A stretch of DNA of 62,634 nt, counting the filler. It is 9 parts of 9 records of this genome, joined end to end, with 100 filler letters (N's around TTAATTAATTAA, not from the genome) between each part and the next. Parts side by side here need not be neighbours in the genome. Positions count along the whole stretch, not along the records: positions 49,115 to 59,483 come from SRR20825010_7248; positions 59,584 to 62,634 come from SRR20825010_7274; 7 more parts are not named here. One strand, 5' to 3'. Of the stretch, positions 59,091 to 62,634 are shown piece after piece. Made by a program: the position numbers and the translations under genes. Below the pieces are notes generated by a model. It had not been told where the DNA came from. It searched no databases and saw nothing but the letters and a program-made list of their open reading frames with translations. Every line of letters starts with the position of its first letter. The first letter of the stretch is position 1.

Positions 59091-59483
59091 ATGGATTTGC
59101 TACGAGCGCTGTTTGGTTTGATCTTTTTAATTGGAATAGCGGTATTATTTTCTCAAAATCGGCGATCCATCGATTGGAGACTGGTGGGTACCGGGATACT
59201 TCTTCAGATCGTTTTCGGTTACCTGATTTCAGACATAAGAATAGTTAAATCCGCTTTTAACTGGGTTAGCAGCCAGTTTGTGGTACTGCTGGGCTTTTCT
59301 GGTGATGGTGCCAGTTTCCTCTTTGGCAACCTAATCAACTCCGAAAGTCTCGGGTTTATCTTTGCGCTGCAGGTGTTACCAACAGTCATTTTCTTTTCCA
59401 CGCTTACAGCCGGTTTATATTATCTGGGTGTACTTCAGTACATCGTTAAGGGTATCGCCTGGGTGATGTCGAGATCCATGAGG
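59091..59483 (+). CDS. Concentrative nucleoside transporter (NupC/CNT family); 3' truncated
   Basis: FSQNRRSIDWRLV, GASFLFG, FALQVLPTVIFFS, LYYLG. Confidence 0.9.
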
Positions 59484-59583
59484 NNNNNNNNNNNNNNNNN
59501 NNNNNNNNNNNNNNNNNNNNNNNNNNNTTAATTAATTAANNNNNNNNNNNNNNNNNNNNNNNNNNNNNNNNNNNNNNNNNNNN
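59484..59583. other. Artificial contig spacer
   Basis: N-run + TTAATTAATTAA + N-run. Confidence 0.99.
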
Positions 59584-61066
59584 TCACGTTGACCACGGCA
59601 AGACATCGCTGCTCGATGCGCTGCGCAAGACATCTGTTGTGGCGGGTGAGGCCGGTGGTATCACCCAGCATATCGGCGCTTATCAGGTTGTGATGGGCAC
59701 GGGTGCGAAAATCACCTTCCTCGACACACCTGGTCACGCCGCCTTTACCGCGATGCGTGCACGTGGTGCGCGCGTCACCGATATCGTGATCCTTGTGGTC
59801 GCGTCCGATGACGGTGTGATGCCGCAGACGATCGAAGCCATTAATCACGCGAAAGCCGCTGGCGTGCCGATGATTGTTGCCATCAATAAGATGGACAAGC
59901 CTGACGCCGACGCGACACGCGTGAAGAACGACCTGTTGCAGCATGAAGTGGTTGTCGAAGATTTCGGCGGCGACGTGATTGCCGTGCCGATTTCGGCCAA
60001 GACAGGCATGGGCCTCGACAAGCTTGAAGAAACCATTCTGCTCGTTGCCGAATTGCAGGACCTGAAAGCCAATCCTGATCGCGCTGCCGAAGGCATTATC
60101 GTGGAAGCCAAGCTCGATCGCGGTCGCGGTCCTGTGGGCACGGTTCTCGTCGAACGCGGTACACTCAAAGTTGGCGACATTATCGTGGCCGGTGCCGAGT
60201 GGGGTCGCGTGCGCGCGCTCATCAACGACCGTGGCGAGAACGTGCAGTCGGCTGGTCCTTCGGAACCTGTCGAAGTGCTCGGCCTTGGCGGTGCACCGGA
60301 AGCCGGTGACACGCTGGCGGTTGTTGAAACCGAAGCCCGTGCGCGTGAAGTTACCGATTATCGTCAGCGCATGAACCGCGACAAGCGGGTTGGCAATGGC
60401 GGTCGCACATCGCTCGATCAGATGCTGACGCAGCTGAAAGAGAAGAACATTTCCGAACTGCCGATCATCGTCAAAGCCGACGTGCAGGGCTCTGCCGAAG
60501 CGATTGTGCAGGCGCTCGAAAAACTCGGCACCGACGAAGTGCGCGCCCGCGTACTTCACGCCGGTGTGGGCGGCGTGACCGAAAGCGACATCACGCTGGC
60601 TACGGCGTCTGGTGCCCCCGTGATCGGTTTCAACGTGCGTGCCAATGTTCAGGCGCGTGAAGCAGCCCGCAATGCTGGCATCGAAATCCGTTATTACTCG
60701 GTCATTTATGATCTTGTGGATGACATCAAGGCCGCCATGTCCGGCATGCTCTCGCCGGAACTGCGCGAAACATTCCTTGGCAATGCCGAGATCCTTGAGA
60801 TTTTCAACATCTCCAAGGTCGGCAAGATTGCCGGTTGCCGCGTGACCGAAGGCGTGGTGCGTCGCGGTTCGTCCGTGCGTCTCATCCGCGACGACGTCGT
60901 GGTGCACGAAGGCAAGCTCTCGACACTGAAACGCTTCAAGGACGAAGTGAAGGAAGTTCAGTCGGGTCAGGAATGTGGCATGGCGTTCGAGGCCTATCAG
61001 GACATGCGTCCGGGCGACGTCATCGAATGTTTCGATGTTGAAGTCGTAAAGCGCAGTCTGGATTAA
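59584..61066 (+). CDS. infB: Translation initiation factor IF-2; 5' truncated
   Basis: [43 protein letters not shown]. Confidence 0.97.
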
Positions 61067-61147
61067 AATCAGCCGCGCCCAAGTTTCTGCTGTCACTCCG
61101 GCCTAAAGCCGGGGTGACAGATTACTTTGTGGCATAGACAGAATCCC

Positions 61148-61612
61148 ATGCGTAAAGACACCAAGAATAAACGCCGCGGTCCGCGCGGCCCCAGCCAGCG
61201 CCAATTGCGCGCGGGTGAGCTTGTGCGTCGTGCGCTGGCCGACATTGTCGGGCGCGGGACCATTCAGGATCCGGACCTGCAGGACAAGGCGATCACCATT
61301 TCCGAAGTGCGCATGAGCAATGATATGCGCCATGCAACCTGCTATGTGGCACCGCTGGGCAGCAGCCTGACAGGCGAAGATAGCGACAAGCTGGTGGCAG
61401 CGCTGGTGCGTGTGAAAAGCTTTCTGCGCGGCCAGCTTGCCAAGGAAGTGACCTTCAAGTTTCTCCCTGATCTTGCCTTTATCGCTGACACTTCGTTCGA
61501 CAAGGCCGAAGCGGTGGACCGCTTGCTGCACAGCCCCAAGGTCGCGCGCGATCTTCTTCCTGCGGGTGAGGGCGACGAAGACAATGACCAAGATTTGGAT
61601 GATGAGGGCTAA
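61148..61612 (+). CDS. rbfA: Ribosome-binding factor A
   Basis: PSQRQLRAGE, ISEVRMSNDMRHA, PDLAFIADTSFD; located between infB and truB. Confidence 0.93.
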   Translation: MRKDTKNKRRGPRGPSQRQLRAGELVRRALADIVGRGTIQDPDLQDKAITISEVRMSNDMRHATCYVAPLGSSLTGEDSDKLVAALVRVKSFLRGQLAKEVTFKFLPDLAFIADTSFDKAEAVDRLLHSPKVARDLLPAGEGDEDNDQDLDDEG

Positions 61613-62538
61613 TGGGACGCCGCAAAAAGGGTGATCCTGTATCGGGCTGGGTGATCGTGGATAAGCCCGTTGGGCCCGGGTCGACCAATGTCGTCTCGAT
61701 GGTCCGCCGTCTCTACAATGCTCAAAAAGCCGGTCATGCCGGCACGCTCGATCCTCTGGCCTCCGGCATCCTGCCTGTGGCGCTGGGCGAGGCAACAAAG
61801 ACTGTCCCCTATATTCTGGATGCCTCCAAGGGCTACCGCTTCACGATCCGCTTTGGCGCCTCTACGGCGACCGATGATCTGGAAGGCGAAGTGACGGCGA
61901 CAAGCGACCATCGGCCCACAAGGGACGATATTCTGGCCGCGCTGCCCGCCTTTACCGGCGAAATCCAGCAGACCCCGCCGATCTATTCGGCCATCAAGGT
62001 GGATGGCGAGCGGGCCTATGATCTCGCGCGTGCAGGCGAGGAGGTCGTGCTGAAGGCGCGGCCTGTAACTATCCATAATATTAAATTGCTTGATATGCCT
62101 GATGCCGACCATGCCGAGCTGGAAATCTCTTGCAGCAAAGGCACTTACGTCCGCTCCCTTGGGCGTGATCTGGCGTTGAAGCTCGGTACTTTGGGTCATA
62201 TTGTGGCCCTGCGGCGCATTGCGCATGGCCCATTCCGCGAGGATGGCGCAATTCCGCTGGATAAACTGGCGGGCTTGGGTCATATTCCGCCCGCTTCCCA
62301 GACCTTGTGGACGCATCTTCTGCCCATCGAGACGGCGCTGGACGACATCCCGGCGCTCGCCTTGAGCAGCGACGATGCGGCCCGGATTAGAAGGGGTCAG
62401 GGTGTTTTATTGCGCGGACGCGATGCTCCGATTTTTGTCGGAGCGGTTCTCGTGACCCATCGGGGCGACCCGGTGGCTCTGACAGAATATGTCAGGGGCG
62501 AGTTGCGGCCGTTGCGTGTTTTTAATCTCGGTTCCTGA
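61612..62538 (+). CDS. truB: tRNA pseudouridine(55) synthase
   Basis: KAGHAGTLDPLASG, PPIYSAIK, CSKGTYVRSL. Confidence 0.97.
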   Translation: MGRRKKGDPVSGWVIVDKPVGPGSTNVVSMVRRLYNAQKAGHAGTLDPLASGILPVALGEATKTVPYILDASKGYRFTIRFGASTATDDLEGEVTATSDHRPTRDDILAALPAFTGEIQQTPPIYSAIKVDGERAYDLARAGEEVVLKARPVTIHNIKLLDMPDADHAELEISCSKGTYVRSLGRDLALKLGTLGHIVALRRIAHGPFREDGAIPLDKLAGLGHIPPASQTLWTHLLPIETALDDIPALALSSDDAARIRRGQGVLLRGRDAPIFVGAVLVTHRGDPVALTEYVRGELRPLRVFNLGS

Positions 62539-62550
62539 AGGAGACCCCCG

Positions 62551-62634
62551 ATGTCGGTGACACCAGAGCGCAAAGCTCAGATCATCAAAGAATTTGCAAC
62601 CAAAGAAGGCGACACAGGTTCGCCCGAAGTGCAG
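62551..62634 (+). CDS. rpsO: 30S ribosomal protein S15; 3' truncated
   Basis: [37 protein letters not shown]. Confidence 0.95.
   Translation, partial: MSVTPERKAQIIKEFATKEGDTGSPEVQ

Noticed and set aside
3012..59583. Eight regularly structured TTAATTAATTAA elements, and ORFs ending in X-runs or LIN
   Set aside because: They are artificial contig linkers with stops in all frames. Cross-spacer neighbourhoods (e.g. sox next to ACIII, ect next to tyrB) are not biological.

Overview
This window is not one locus. It is nine unrelated contigs joined by 100-nt artificial spacers (N-runs around TTAATTAATTAA), so gene neighbourhoods hold only within a contig, and taxonomic labels are my inference from gene content and GC. 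(1) 1-3011: a Ser/Thr kinase-FGE-sulfatase fusion overlapping a GspE/PilB-type ATPase that the ORF track missed. (2) 3112-9187, Rhodobacteraceae-like: soxCDEF, a CDF transporter and clpP. (3) 9288-13903, Bacteroidota: alternative complex III actCDEF plus cytochrome c oxidase subunits II and I. (4) 14004-30370, betaproteobacterium (Limnobacter-like): fliH-fliR, an ATP-site-degenerate histidine kinase with a receiver protein, and ectR/ectABCD with an SSS transporter. (5) 30471-41640, Rhodobacteraceae-like: tyrB, sseA, smpB, uraH, small hypothetical genes and an alginate-oligomer catabolic cluster. (6) 41741-45210: an MCP and metG. (7) 45311-49014, planctomycete-like: a Tm-1-like/TIM-barrel pair, an EthD protein and a Tat-exported oxidoreductase. 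(8) 49115-59483, Bacteroidota: GH15, a TPS/TPP fusion, a DEDDh exonuclease, a truncated Mur-ligase homologue, dnaB, a Phd/PIN toxin-antitoxin pair, etfBA, a DUF151 protein and nupC. (9) 59584-62634, alphaproteobacterium: infB-rbfA-truB-rpsO. I saw no rRNA, tRNA, CRISPR array or transposase. The most notable signals are a diverged, codon-conserved second copy of the dnaB 3' end bracketing the toxin-antitoxin module, the kinase-FGE/secretion-ATPase pair, and two apparent pseudo-enzymes.
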